Assembly: GCA_000091205.1 (NCBI GenBank)
Contig: AP006498.2
DNA: 64,000 nucleotides
Strand: one strand, 5' to 3'
Source of the DNA: Cyanidioschyzon merolae
Lineage: Eukaryota
Positions 12,440 through 23,117 of the stretch are shown here, one piece after another. Every line of letters starts with the position of its first letter. Positions within the stretch are counted from its first letter, which is position 1. The notes under the pieces were generated by a model. The model worked only from the letters and a program-made list of their open reading frames with translations, ran no database searches and was not told the DNA's origin. The translations under genes and the position numbers were made by a program.

Positions 12440-12812
12440 GCACGGGGAGCTGATCGAGCAGCAAATGGCACAGACGGCACAAGTTCGAGGACTACTTGCA
12501 TTGGTGGGTTCAACAACGGCAAGAAACGCATGGAGTTTGTGAACCGAGACTTTAACGCCGCTATCGATATCAGGAGATGTGCGGTGCTGGAGACGAGACC
12601 TCCAGAATAGACAAGAGTGAACTTTGTTGGACAGCCTCCAAAAATTGAACTATATGAGAAATAATTGGAACCAGTAGCTCGTGGCCGGTCGAAAATGGCT
12701 GGGAGGCGTCTGCACATCAGCTGGAGACGCTGTGTCTAGGGCGCGGTTTCTCGCCAATACTGTGCACGGCCAACGGCGACGTTCGACTTCTGAGGCGAGT
12801 TTGGTAGTGGTG
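12440..12812 (+). mobile_element. Solo 3'-terminal fragment (fragment D) of a TnpB/Fanzor-like element. It carries the RuvC-III motif, a C-terminal tail, and the conserved post-stop non-coding tail.
   Basis: It translates to GKKRMEFVNRDFNAAIDIRRCAVLETRPPE...AGRRLHISWRRCV*. The DNA is homologous to the 3' ends of copies A, B and C, including about 80 nt after the stop (gacgttcgacttctgaggcgagtttggtagtggtgg). Confidence 0.5.
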
Positions 12813-12817
12813 GTATT

Positions 12818-14614
12818 ATGTGGTGTTTCGTGACTGGACGGTGTGCTCCACTTTGGGGGGTTAACACAAACAGCACTTCGGTGACAGCTCGGTCTCGATG
12901 GAGGACGGCTGTCTGCGGCGGCCAGCAGCAGAGGTGCACAAGACGCACAAAGCTGGCATCGAGGCGTCCCTGCCGGGCTAGCGCTAGTGACCCGAACTTC
13001 TGGCGAGACGTGGCGCGCTCAGTGTCCGAGCAGGGCGAGCTGGCGACTTCGCGAGCTCCTGTGCGTCGAGAGCGACCTCCTCCGCAATGGGTGGCGCCGC
13101 CGCCCGGCTTTGAACTCGATACGAGCGGCGAAAGCAGTTCGACTTGGGCTTCATGGCGCGCGGCGGCAGAGGCAGCGCAAGCCGAGCAAGAGGCGGTGCA
13201 AGAGCGGCTTGAGCGTGGCGAACCTGTGCGTGATATGACCGCTGAACGAAACTTCTGGCGGAGCGCAGCGGCTGAACTAGGCGCACCGTTGGACCCCGGC
13301 AGAACGGCAGCCGAGCTACGCACTGCAGCAGGCGGGTTGGCGGAGCGTCCTTCGGAGCATAATCGCAGCGAAGAGATTGGGAGCATCGATTCGAACATTC
13401 CTGAATCGGATGAGGAGTGGGACCCCGACACCTCCTGGATGCAAATGTATGCGTCAGACGCTGTTGAATTCGTTTCGGGAACCGAATCTGCTGATGATAA
13501 TCTTCAAGGGACACTTTGGGGCGCCGCTCTGGGATCCGAGCAAGCAGCACGCGAACGTTCATCCACATCCTTGCAGTCGTTATCCGCAGAATGGGACACG
13601 AAGGAGCGCATTCCTGATTCCGGGGCAGAAGCTGCAGACGAGGAGGAAACCTTGGAGCCGCGCGATCCGAAGAAGGAGACAGCATTCTGGCGGGGTGCGG
13701 CCCAGGAGCTGCTTGGGGCATCCACGGGAGCTACGTCGGATGCGTTCGCGACTCGCTCGACCACGTCGCACAGCGCAGACGGGAGTGCCACGCAGGACTC
13801 CGAAGAGGAAACCTGGGAGCCGCGCGATCCGAAGAAGGAGACAGCATTCTGGCGGGGTGCGGCCCAGGAGCTGCTTGGGGCATCCACGGGAGCTACGTCG
13901 GATGCGTTCGCGACTCGCTCGACCACGTCGCACAGCGCAGACGGGAGTGCCACGCAGGACTCCGAAGAGGAAACCTGGGAGCCGCGCGATCCGAAGAAGG
14001 AGACAGCATTCTGGCGGGGTGCGGCCCAGGAGCTGCTTGGGGCATCCACGGGAGCTACGTCGGATGCGTTCGCGACTCGCTCGACCACGTCGCACAGCGC
14101 AGACGGGAGTGCCACGCAGGACTCCGAAGAGGAAACCTGGGAGCCGCGCGATCCGAAGAAGGAGACAGCATTCTGGCGGGGTGCGGCTCAAGACATCATC
14201 GAGAGCCTTCCGACACAAATCGAACTCGGTGTGGATGCACAGTCAAGCGCCAGCACTCCCGCCGTTCCCGATGCGCATGCCGGAACTGGTGATCCCGACG
14301 TTACAGCCGAAGAGCCCGTAGGCCCAGCTGAAGCCTGGGCTGCCTGGCGTGCCGCCCGAGCTTCTTCTAAGAACGTGTCCGCTTTACCCGCTCCTGTGGC
14401 TGAGACGCACCCAGAACCTCTTTCTGAAACAGAGATCTGGATTCAGTGGCGAGAACAGCAAAGAAAAACCTGGGCAGGAGCCCTCAACGACCTGAACCGT
14501 AACCGTCCGCGAGAACAGCAAGTTGCGCGACCCGAGAAAAGCACCGTTGATCGCTGGCGCCATGTTGCCGCAGAACTATCACAAGACAGCCCACAAAGCG
14601 AGGAGAACTCATAA
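12818..14614 (+). CDS. Hypothetical acidic, Trp-motif repeat protein containing a perfect 159-bp (53-aa) tandem repeat
   Basis: 598-aa ORF. A recurring xFWRxAAxEL motif occurs at least 8 times (NFWRDVARSV, NFWRSAAAEL, TAFWRGAAQELLG x4, EAWAAWRAARA, EIWIQWREQQRK). The block EETWEPRDPKKETAFWRGAAQELLGASTGATSDAFATRSTTSHSADGSATQDS is repeated about 3.5 times at 100% nucleotide identity. The large antisense and alternative-frame ORFs here are by-products of the repeat. Confidence 0.4.
   Translation: MWCFVTGRCAPLWGVNTNSTSVTARSRWRTAVCGGQQQRCTRRTKLASRRPCRASASDPNFWRDVARSVSEQGELATSRAPVRRERPPPQWVAPPPGFELDTSGESSSTWASWRAAAEAAQAEQEAVQERLERGEPVRDMTAERNFWRSAAAELGAPLDPGRTAAELRTAAGGLAERPSEHNRSEEIGSIDSNIPESDEEWDPDTSWMQMYASDAVEFVSGTESADDNLQGTLWGAALGSEQAARERSSTSLQSLSAEWDTKERIPDSGAEAADEEETLEPRDPKKETAFWRGAAQELLGASTGATSDAFATRSTTSHSADGSATQDSEEETWEPRDPKKETAFWRGAAQELLGASTGATSDAFATRSTTSHSADGSATQDSEEETWEPRDPKKETAFWRGAAQELLGASTGATSDAFATRSTTSHSADGSATQDSEEETWEPRDPKKETAFWRGAAQDIIESLPTQIELGVDAQSSASTPAVPDAHAGTGDPDVTAEEPVGPAEAWAAWRAARASSKNVSALPAPVAETHPEPLSETEIWIQWREQQRKTWAGALNDLNRNRPREQQVARPEKSTVDRWRHVAAELSQDSPQSEENS
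13640..14190 (+). repeat. Tandem repeat, 159-bp unit x about 3.5, perfect copies, inside the coding region of the 12818-14614 ORF
   Basis: The unit beginning aaacctgggagccgcgcgatccgaagaaggagacagcattctggcggggtgcggcccaggagctgcttgg recurs at about 13651, 13810, 13969 and 14128. Confidence 0.85.
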
Positions 14615-14932
14615 GCAACTTGCAACTGGGAATCTTTACGTATCGAGGCCGCTGAACAAGTCCTACCGAGGGCATCCATCCCTCACGAGCAGCGCTGTGC
14701 GGATCACGCACTCCCCGCGATCACGCATGGCACGCATCGAGGGCTGCCCGCATCGCCACTGCCGCGCGTGCTGCGTGTTGCACCGAACGCGCATGGCACG
14801 TCGTTTCCGTGCGTAGCCGGGCGCTGTGAACTCCAATGTCCATGATTGCCTCTGATGATTACGATCTTCAGATAAGGATGCGTGTTGGCCGCCATCGGAG
14901 GCATTCGACTCCCGTGGAAAGACCAGAATTTT

Positions 14933-17900
14933 TTAGCTCCACTGTGAGAAACGTTCCAGCGCTTCGGTTAACTGCGCGATTTCCTGCTCATAGCGATTCA
15001 GGTTTTGCACGGTGCGCTCTCGAACGGATTCCGGTACGCGTTCATCATAGTTTTGAAGTTGTTCCCTAAAACGCTGTGCGCTTCGCTCAGCTTCAGCGAG
15101 CTTCGCCTGCGCTTTCGCCTTTTCGACTTGCACATCAACAAGACCGGCAAGATGCAGGTAAATACAGATCTGGGGAGTGACCAACTGCACACCGCATTGT
15201 TTCACTTCGGACGGCGGGTCTGCTTGCACGTTAACAGTGCCACAGAGCGCCAGCGTCCGTACAAGTGGAGCGCAGACCGCATCACCGCCGACAATCCATA
15301 CCTGCGGGCGAGCAGTCTTCTTCACTTGGTACAGAGTCCGAAGCGAACGGATGCCGCGAACAATGAGCATCGCCTGCTGGACGAGCTCCTCAGCGGCCTC
15401 GTCGCGGGAGCCGCCTTCCGGATACGACGCAGTCATGATCGAGGGCGCTCTTTTCGGTAAAGGCAGACGCTGGTACAGTTCCTCGGTAACGAATGGCATC
15501 ATGGGGTGCAGGAGGCGAAGGCCCTGGTCGAGACACTCCAGCAGTACTCGGCGCGCCACCGAGGCGTCACTGGTTGCCGTCGCATCCGCGGGCGCATCCT
15601 CGGCGCCGTACACTCGCGGCTTGATTGCTTCTAGATACACGTCACACAGTTCGTAGAGCCAGAAATGATGCAGTGCCTGAACTGCTTCAGCAAACTCGTA
15701 GCTGGAGAGCGCTTGATGGCATTGCATTGCACAGTGCGCAAGACGCGAGAGAATCCATCGATCCTCGAGTGCTAGCGCGGCATCCTTGTAGACAAGTGCT
15801 TCCGCTCCGCTGTCATCGGAGGCATTCGGCAGTTGTCGATGCGCAGGCTGGCCGGCCATGTCCTTGTCCGCGACATGTAACAGGCCGAGGGCAAATCGCA
15901 CGGCATTCCATAGCTTGTTGCAGAAATGACGATACGCAACAACTCGTGCAACATCAAGGTTGATATCGCGGCCTTGCAACGTATACGCAAGCAGTCCAAA
16001 TCGAAGCGCGTCCGTTCCACACTCGGGTATTCCCTGTTCACCGTACTCAAGCCGCTGCATCTTGCGCGCCTTCTCGACCTCGCGTGGATCCAGATTTCCA
16101 CTGAGTAACTTTGCGTGCAGCTGCTCCAGCGTAGCGCCCTCGATGACCTCAAGCGGGTCGATAACATTTCCCAACGATTTCGACATTTTGCGGCCGTACT
16201 TGTCCCGTACAAGGGCGTGCAGGTAAACTGTAGAAAAGGGTAGCTTACCAGTGAGCTCTAAGCCCAGCATCACCATTCGCGCCACCCAGAAAAACAGGAT
16301 ATCGTGACCGGTCTCCAGAAGCGTCGTCGGGTAAAACGCGTGCATTTCCCTGTTGACAGGTGAGGTATCCGGCCAACCGAATACCGAGAACGGAAACAAT
16401 CCCGATGAGAACCAGGTATCGAGGACGTCCTCGTCCTGCTCTAGCGACTCCCGATAGGCAGGTGGAGCTCTCTGACGAGCCTCTTCGACGTTACGCGCAA
16501 CAATCCACTCCTCGGCACCAGTGTCAACGTTTGTATACCGCCAAGCGGGAATACGATGGCCCCACCATAGTTGGCGCGAAACACACCAGTCATGGATGTT
16601 TTCCAACCAGCGATTCCAAGTAGCGCGGTGGAATTCCGGCAGGATTGTGAGCTGTCCCTCGTCGGCAGCTCGAACCGCTTCGCGTGCCATGTGGTCGCAT
16701 TTCACCCACCACTGCGGTTTGAGCATCGGCTCGATAATGTCGTGTGTACGTGAACAGAGCGCGAGTCGCATAGCGTGGCTCTCTTTTCCGCGCAGATACC
16801 CTCGTTCAGCGAGCGCCCGCTCGACCTGAACGCGGGCCTCATAGCGCATCAGGCCAGAAAACGCTCCAGCGTGCTCGTTGAGGTGACCTTCGTCATCAAA
16901 AATAACGATGAACGGTAATCCGTGGCGCAGACCGCACTCGTAATCGTTCGGATCATGCGCTGGAGTGACCTTCACACATCCAGTTCCGAAGCTCATATCC
17001 ACGAGCTGTGCGTCCGCAATGACCCGCAGCTCGCGATCGGGAAGAAACGGATGCACCAGCTGGGCGCCAACGAGGTCTCGGTATCGTGGATCCTCCGGAT
17101 GAACGGCAACGGCAACGTCGCCCAACATGGTCTCCAGTCGAGTGGTGGCTACCACCAGCTCATGGATACCGCCCGGTACAGGTTCCTTCAACGGGTACGC
17201 AAACCGGGTCAAGACCCCTACCTCTACCTCGCCATCATGGCCGGGCACTCGCAGCAGCTCTCGGCCCGGAATATCCACGTATTCTACTTCGATATCACTG
17301 AGCGCTGTTCGCAGTCGGCAGCACCAGTTCACAAGTCGGGTTCCTCGGTAGATGAGACCACGCTCGTACAGACGAACAAACGCCTCCACTACAGCCTTTG
17401 ACAATTGTTCGTTCATGGTGAACTGTTCACGGCTCCAGTCGACTGAGACGCCTAAGCGACGGAGCTGATCGCAGATCCGGCCTCCGTATTCCTCTTTGTA
17501 GGCCCAGACGTAGCGCACAAAGTCGTCGCGCCCCAGATCGTGTCGGGTCAGGTTGCGCTCTCGCATGAGTTTTCTTTCGACAACTGTTTGAGTGGCAATA
17601 CCAGCATGGTCTGTTCCCGGAACCCAAAGCGCAACGTGGCCTCTCATTCGATGCCAGCGGGTCAAGCAATCCTGGATCGCACACATCAGGGTGTGCCCCA
17701 GGTGCAGTGTTCCAGTGACATTTGGCGGAGGCATGACCATGACGAAGCGTCTGCTAGGGTCTGGCTCGGAAAGCGCTTGCTCCGTCTGCGCGGTAAAGAA
17801 TCCTTGTGCTTCCCACCAGTCGTACCAGGCGGCCTCTACGGATCGCGGGTAATATGCCGGGGACATGGGTTTCTTGAGAAGCGTTTTGTAGGCGCCCTTT

Positions 17901-18229
17901 GGTGTATGGTCGATGTATTCGGGTGGCAACTGCTTCGATGAAGAGCCAGTATCATCATTGTCGTTGGTGGTACTCGCTGAACTCTTGTTTGCTCGCGCCC
18001 CAGTTGCCGCCTGAGTCGCACTCGCAGCGCCCAGGTTCGCTTCAGCAATCACTGAGCGTGCTTGTGCTTTCAACGCTTTCTGCTCGGCTTTTTCTAACAG
18101 TTTCGCCAGCTTCTTCTGTTTCGCCTTGGGGAGTAGTGCCCGTTCCTCAGCAGTCATCGCTCTATACTGCTCTAGCGTGACATCTTGGCCAGTGGCAGCG
18201 GCGCTCTCTCCGGTCGCGTCGAGCGTCAT
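14933..18229 (-). CDS. VARS: Valyl-tRNA synthetase (class I aaRS), eukaryotic type with a Lys-rich N-terminal extension
   Basis: 1098-aa uninterrupted ORF. HIGH motif PPNVTGTLHLGHT. KMSKS motif KMSKSLGN. The anticodon-binding and C-terminal coiled-coil regions are conserved. The N-terminal KAKQKKLAKLLEKAEQKALKAQAR extension is typical of eukaryotic ValRS. Confidence 0.9.
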   Translation of the reverse strand: MTLDATGESAAATGQDVTLEQYRAMTAEERALLPKAKQKKLAKLLEKAEQKALKAQARSVIAEANLGAASATQAATGARANKSSASTTNDNDDTGSSSKQLPPEYIDHTPKGAYKTLLKKPMSPAYYPRSVEAAWYDWWEAQGFFTAQTEQALSEPDPSRRFVMVMPPPNVTGTLHLGHTLMCAIQDCLTRWHRMRGHVALWVPGTDHAGIATQTVVERKLMRERNLTRHDLGRDDFVRYVWAYKEEYGGRICDQLRRLGVSVDWSREQFTMNEQLSKAVVEAFVRLYERGLIYRGTRLVNWCCRLRTALSDIEVEYVDIPGRELLRVPGHDGEVEVGVLTRFAYPLKEPVPGGIHELVVATTRLETMLGDVAVAVHPEDPRYRDLVGAQLVHPFLPDRELRVIADAQLVDMSFGTGCVKVTPAHDPNDYECGLRHGLPFIVIFDDEGHLNEHAGAFSGLMRYEARVQVERALAERGYLRGKESHAMRLALCSRTHDIIEPMLKPQWWVKCDHMAREAVRAADEGQLTILPEFHRATWNRWLENIHDWCVSRQLWWGHRIPAWRYTNVDTGAEEWIVARNVEEARQRAPPAYRESLEQDEDVLDTWFSSGLFPFSVFGWPDTSPVNREMHAFYPTTLLETGHDILFFWVARMVMLGLELTGKLPFSTVYLHALVRDKYGRKMSKSLGNVIDPLEVIEGATLEQLHAKLLSGNLDPREVEKARKMQRLEYGEQGIPECGTDALRFGLLAYTLQGRDINLDVARVVAYRHFCNKLWNAVRFALGLLHVADKDMAGQPAHRQLPNASDDSGAEALVYKDAALALEDRWILSRLAHCAMQCHQALSSYEFAEAVQALHHFWLYELCDVYLEAIKPRVYGAEDAPADATATSDASVARRVLLECLDQGLRLLHPMMPFVTEELYQRLPLPKRAPSIMTASYPEGGSRDEAAEELVQQAMLIVRGIRSLRTLYQVKKTARPQVWIVGGDAVCAPLVRTLALCGTVNVQADPPSEVKQCGVQLVTPQICIYLHLAGLVDVQVEKAKAQAKLAEAERSAQRFREQLQNYDERVPESVRERTVQNLNRYEQEIAQLTEALERFSQWS

Positions 18230-19043
18230 GCGCAGTTTTCCGCTATTGAAACCCCGGAGTACGCTTTAGACGAAACAGGCTTGAGAAATTGAGTTTCCAC
18301 TCGCAATGCGTACAGCGCAGTCCAGATCAGGCTTTCCTACTGGGCAGCTGCCTGGCACTATACATGCAGCAGGAAGCTATGCCAAAAACGTTCTATGAGG
18401 CTACTTTCCGCGCTGGCGCGGTGTCGAGGCGGTGTCCAGCTGTCCGTAATATTCCTAGTTGTACTGTTTTCATCGGAGCCGCTGCTTGGCCTGAGCCACG
18501 CTAATGTCAGAAAAATCGTACACCGACTATTCACTATGTTCCTAACTTTCATATTTTCCAGCTTTTTCGGAGTTGAAGACTATCAACATTCCAAGTGCAG
18601 CATCCAAGACTTGCCCACTCAAGCGTCGTTTCGGGTTTTCGGTCGTCTTTTCCGAGTGGTTGCCTCGAAGCTTCGCCGCTAGTATTCAAGACAACACCGG
18701 AATCAAGTTGATCCGCCATGCCCACGGTCAAGGTTTCTTAGAATTACAGGACCCATAACCCAATATATACATGCATGCTTCCAATTCTCTCCTTTTCTAA
18801 CGTGCAGCATGCTCAAAGCACGCGTTCTCCGAGTTTTCGATCTTTCTTTCTCAAGTTGAACGGTGAAGACACCAACTCGTGTCGCTTGATGTATAAGCGA
18901 AATGAATCGACATTGTCCCTTGACGCTCTGTTCACAAGCACATCCAAAAAGTTAATTCAAATTATTTTCTCAAACAATCAATTCCGTTCGAAAGAAACAT
19001 CCTTCTTCCGACGTGGGTATCGACGTAATCGCATTCCACAAAA

Positions 19044-19843
19044 GTATGATTTCTCACATGGGATTTGCTCCCAGAGGCTCACGTCTCTTCTCTGGGGATC
19101 GAGCAGGTTCTTGGACTCGGACTTGAGCCATCGCAGCGATCGCTTCCTGCGGGGCGTGTATCACCGTTTTGCCCGATGAGAGTGTAGACGCAACGAAATT
19201 TCTCGGCGTGTGTTTGAGCCTCGATTCTCTGCAAGGTAATAGGTTCATCAAGGAAAAGCTGACGTTTCACATATCCTCGATCCAATAGAGCCGCCTGCGT
19301 TTGGGCGTGCAACGGACAATGTACTCGCCGAGCGCATCGCCCAGAAGAGGCGGATGCTCGTATGGTACTGCACCGAGCACCAAGACGGGGGCGCGCATCA
19401 AGCGATGCCTTCTGCACTCGTCCAGAGCATGAACCAAGCGATGAAGCAGGCGTCAACGCGCCATAGAGCAGCCTTCCGCGGCGGCGAGTTGATGCACGTG
19501 CTTGAAAACATGACCGAAGTGATGTGCCACCGCCGTAAAGGGTGTACCGAGGTTGCGCGCGAAGGAGATCCGAATGGTAAGCGGAGCTTAGATGATACCC
19601 TGCGCCTTTTGCATGGAAAGCGTTGACGAAGCCTGAACCAGCGTAGCAGGCACGATCTTGGTGCCATCAACATCTGTCGAGTGATGGTGACGAAGCTGGA
19701 GGAGCAGGCGAGACCAGTGGATTCTACGTGGGAAACGAGTTAGAAAAAACCCTGCAAATGCTATTGTGGATAATGGGTTACAGAGAGCGAAACTTTAGAA
19801 TGTACGCCCTTGCTGGATGGCCCGTTCCATTTGATGCTGACAT
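19044..19843 (+). repeat. Dispersed ~0.8-kb repeat, copy 1. It is about 99% identical to 32907-33700.
   Basis: By-eye alignment. Homology starts at atgatttctcacatgggatttgctccc and ends at ggcccgt(t/a)ccatttgatgc. Only about 8 substitutions or indels were seen. Both copies are in the same orientation. No TIR or TSD is evident. Confidence 0.8.
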
Positions 19844-22295
19844 AGGTGTAAGCTGGGGCGCGCGCTCCATCACGCCTCGCGTGCTTCCCGCTCGACGTGA
19901 CGGCATCGTTAGTGCTGGACTTGTTCTTCAAGTCTTGAGTACCGTATGCGCTTCAGTCGCTGCATTAGTGGAACAGTGCGGTTCTTTCCGCTAATCTGAA
20001 ACTGCTACGTATGCGGTCCCAGTTTGACGACTTGTTCCCGAGGTATGAGCGGAACCCTCGTCATGCACGTAACTCGATTCGAATTATCAAAAGTTTTGGA
20101 ATTTCTTTTCGACAAATCCGAAAAGGGTCATCGTATTGACACCATATAAAATGCTACGTGTTTCCATTGTGAAAGCGGCGGTCTGGGCTCCATCTTGTTC
20201 GTATCCTTTCACACTGTCACCGGCAGCTGCTGCCGATTGGCGCTCTCTAGAAAAGGCGGCCGTCGTGGCAGCAGGGTAGAGCACACTTGTGTCGTCGGCA
20301 AGGCTGGTTGCACCGGTTCCCGATTATGAGGAATTTGGCGCCGTCCATCATCCGTAGGTAATCTCCTGAATGCGTCCCAGGAAATCCGCGGGAGCGGCAC
20401 CCGCGGGAACGCATTCGGTTCTCGCACCAGAATCCCGAGGTCATCGCTGCATACAAGGATCGCACAAAATGGTAATGACGCACTGATTTTTCGGTCTTCA
20501 CCTGCTGCTTTTCTGTGGACCGGCTCTTAAGCGCGCCGTGGAGATTTTTCACGAGAAAAGAGGGCAACCCTGCGTCGTGCATGGCATCCGGGGCTGACTT
20601 TTGTCCTTGGTGGAAGGCATTTTTAAACATTCTCGCTATCGCTACTCGCAGGGTGTAACGATAGAAGGCTTGCGTGTTGCAGCTTTACTGTCGGACTCGA
20701 TTTCTCCCAGAGCCTCGTTCGAAACGAGATATTGTGCTCGGTGCCCGCAGGCGATGCGGAAAAAGGGCCTCACTGGGCACTTGCACTGGCACGCTTCCCA
20801 GCAGGGCGCAACGCTCGGCATTGTACGAGCACCGGTATTTAGGATCGGTCACAACAGAGGTTGCTGCGATGTCTCGCAAGTGACCTGAACACCATAGTGC
20901 CTCGCCTTTTCTCTAGGTTGGCTACAGAAGAAGAATGACTCGCTAAGATCATCGAGCAGCTGCCAGCCCAAAGGTTACCCTACGATCTGTTGCCTGCTTA
21001 CATTGCCTATGATCAGCGAATACGAAGAATTGAGTTTTCGGGGCTCGTCGCAGCTCTCGGTCCCGCATTCTCATGCATGGGCCTGGATCAGCAGCTCTTC
21101 AGATGAATGGATCGCGACGCGGTCGCGTCCTCTACCAGAAATCAGGCAATACTGATCGATCAGCGGACCCCAGCGAGCGCTCTGTGGATCGGTTAGTCAG
21201 ACAGACTCACTGGTCGATTGTGTCGCGCGATGCTGCTCGCGATTCGTGCGGGTCATCACGCATCGCGAGTGCGTGCAGCTCCATGAAAGGCGAACTCTCC
21301 GCCAGGCTTCTAGAATGTATATAGAAACAGAACGCCCGTCTAACCGCTATCGTGACCAGGGTGTATTCCAGATCTCACCACGTAGAGGTGCTCTGACATT
21401 TGGTACGCCATGTACATGACATGCATTGAAAACTACCGTATTGCAACTTGCCAGCTACCTGTGCAAAGCTGTATGTGTATCCGTTGATCGCACTGGCACG
21501 AGGTATCCGACCTCGTCCGTATCGACGACACGCCAATGCTGCCGATCTTCAGCAAAGGGACGACAGCTCCTCCATAGACGCTTCCGGGTCTCATGGTACC
21601 TATCACCTCAAACTTGCACGCAGCAGACACCATATCTAGCGGTACGTCGCGCCCTGAGTCTATAACGGGTCCCAGTGCTTTTGTCATGCTGTGTCGATGA
21701 GTTTATCCAATGCCCCCAGACGCGCGAATATGATTACAGAACATAATATAGCGCACAGTCTCTCCAAACACGATTACGTACGCGGACACACACACACATA
21801 GAAGATTCACCAACTCCTGCGCATCGTGCCTGTCGTGAATATAGAGCCTACACAAATCCAGAGTGGCTGCATCCCTCGTGGGCGATGGAGACGCCTGCAG
21901 CGTCGCCTGCCTATGCTTCTACAGAAAAACGAGACAATCCTGTCCCAGGTGCGGCACGCGCGATCCCGACGGGATCGCAGCGCTCCGTGCCTCGCGAACC
22001 CTTGACTGCAGCAGCAGCAGCAGCAGGTGGCTGGCAGAGCGGGACATGCGCACGGACGCCGTCCATGCGTGAGCTCCCGACGGCGCGCGCTCCTCGGATC
22101 GCTCGGATCCGCAAGCGGCATGTGTGCTGCACCTGAGGCAGGCACGCAGATTGCCTGCCGTTTTGGGATTGCAGCTCGAGGTTTGTCGCTTAGCAGCACG
22201 ACGAACCGCAAGTCTTATCGTTGTGCACTATAGTACACAGCTAGAAACTTTAGCTTCAGGAGTAGTACTGGTGTTGAGTAGTTAAGGCACTGGCA

Positions 22296-23117
22296 ATGGT
22301 TTTTGTGAACGTCAACGCCGCGTCACTGCAAACAGGTCGCTTTCTGGGTCGCGCCCTGCATCGTCGCCGCTTTTGCGAAGCGCGATCGCGCTCACCGCTC
22401 GGAACGCTTATGGTAATGCCGCCTGTTTCGAGGCGGGCGTTTTTAGCTGCTTTTGCTGCTGGCGTTACTGGGATTGTCTTGGCACGGGCTTCACCGAGCT
22501 GGGCTGACGGTGCTGTCTCGCGGGCAACTCGAGAACGCGCCCGTGGCCAGTACGGTCCACGGGTGCTTGCGACGCAGGCTATTATAGACAGGATAGAGCA
22601 GGCGGCGAACGCTGGGAACCTGGAACTCGTCGCGGCTCTGACTGCAAACCCGAAGAAAATATCAAAAAAGGAACGGAAAGAACTGGAGTCTCTGGACGGT
22701 TTTGGGGCGCTCTACGCGGAGCGGAACGCGTTCTTGCTTCTGAAAGGTGCAGTTCGGGGCGACCGAGTACGAGAGCCTGAGATGGATCGTGTTGTTGATC
22801 GGCTTTTCGCCACTGCAGACGAGATCTACCAGGCAGCGCGGATTGGAAACCGGGATAAGGTGATCCGAAGCGCGAGGAACTTGCCGCTCTACTTGAACTC
22901 TGTGATAACGGTTGCAGAAGTGAACCCTCGCGGCCCGGACGCTGCTCCAGGACAGGCATTCAGCAGCGATTTCGACTGGAGACGTGGTCGGGTTGCGATG
23001 CACTTAGAGGAGTCCGCCGCCAAGGGCTCGTCTGAGATGGCAGCGCAACCGGTGGTGTCGAAACCGTCTGCGCCTGCGCCTGCGCCTGCGCCAGAAGTAT
23101 CCGCCGTCGGATCATGA
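22296..23117 (+). CDS. Hypothetical protein with a twin-arginine (Tat)-type signal after an N-terminal transit-like region; putative thylakoid-lumen/organellar protein
   Basis: SRRAFLAAFAAGVTGIVLARASPSWA matches the consensus S/T-R-R-x-F-L followed by a hydrophobic core and an AxA cleavage site. It is preceded by a basic, S/R-rich presequence. The mature part is predicted helical. The C-terminus is (AP)n. Confidence 0.4.
   Translation: MVFVNVNAASLQTGRFLGRALHRRRFCEARSRSPLGTLMVMPPVSRRAFLAAFAAGVTGIVLARASPSWADGAVSRATRERARGQYGPRVLATQAIIDRIEQAANAGNLELVAALTANPKKISKKERKELESLDGFGALYAERNAFLLLKGAVRGDRVREPEMDRVVDRLFATADEIYQAARIGNRDKVIRSARNLPLYLNSVITVAEVNPRGPDAAPGQAFSSDFDWRRGRVAMHLEESAAKGSSEMAAQPVVSKPSAPAPAPAPEVSAVGS

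Noticed and set aside
13377-14321. A 314-aa Arg-rich ORF, plus long antisense ORFs (13504-14115 and 13580-14218 on the minus strand), overlapping the repeat protein
   Set aside because: These are alternative-frame or antisense readings of the perfect 159-bp tandem repeat in GC-rich DNA. They carry no independent motif support.
19079-19626. ORFs of 125 aa and 90 aa inside the 0.8-kb dispersed repeat (duplicated at 32849-33483), as possible element-encoded proteins
   Set aside because: They are short, have no recognisable motifs, and their amino-acid composition matches random GC-rich translation. They are duplicated only because the DNA is duplicated.
21807-22233. A cluster of overlapping ~70-130-aa ORFs on both strands around a (CAG)n/(GCA)n tract
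   Set aside because: This is a typical GC-rich or microsatellite artefact with poly-Cys/poly-Ala translations and no motifs.
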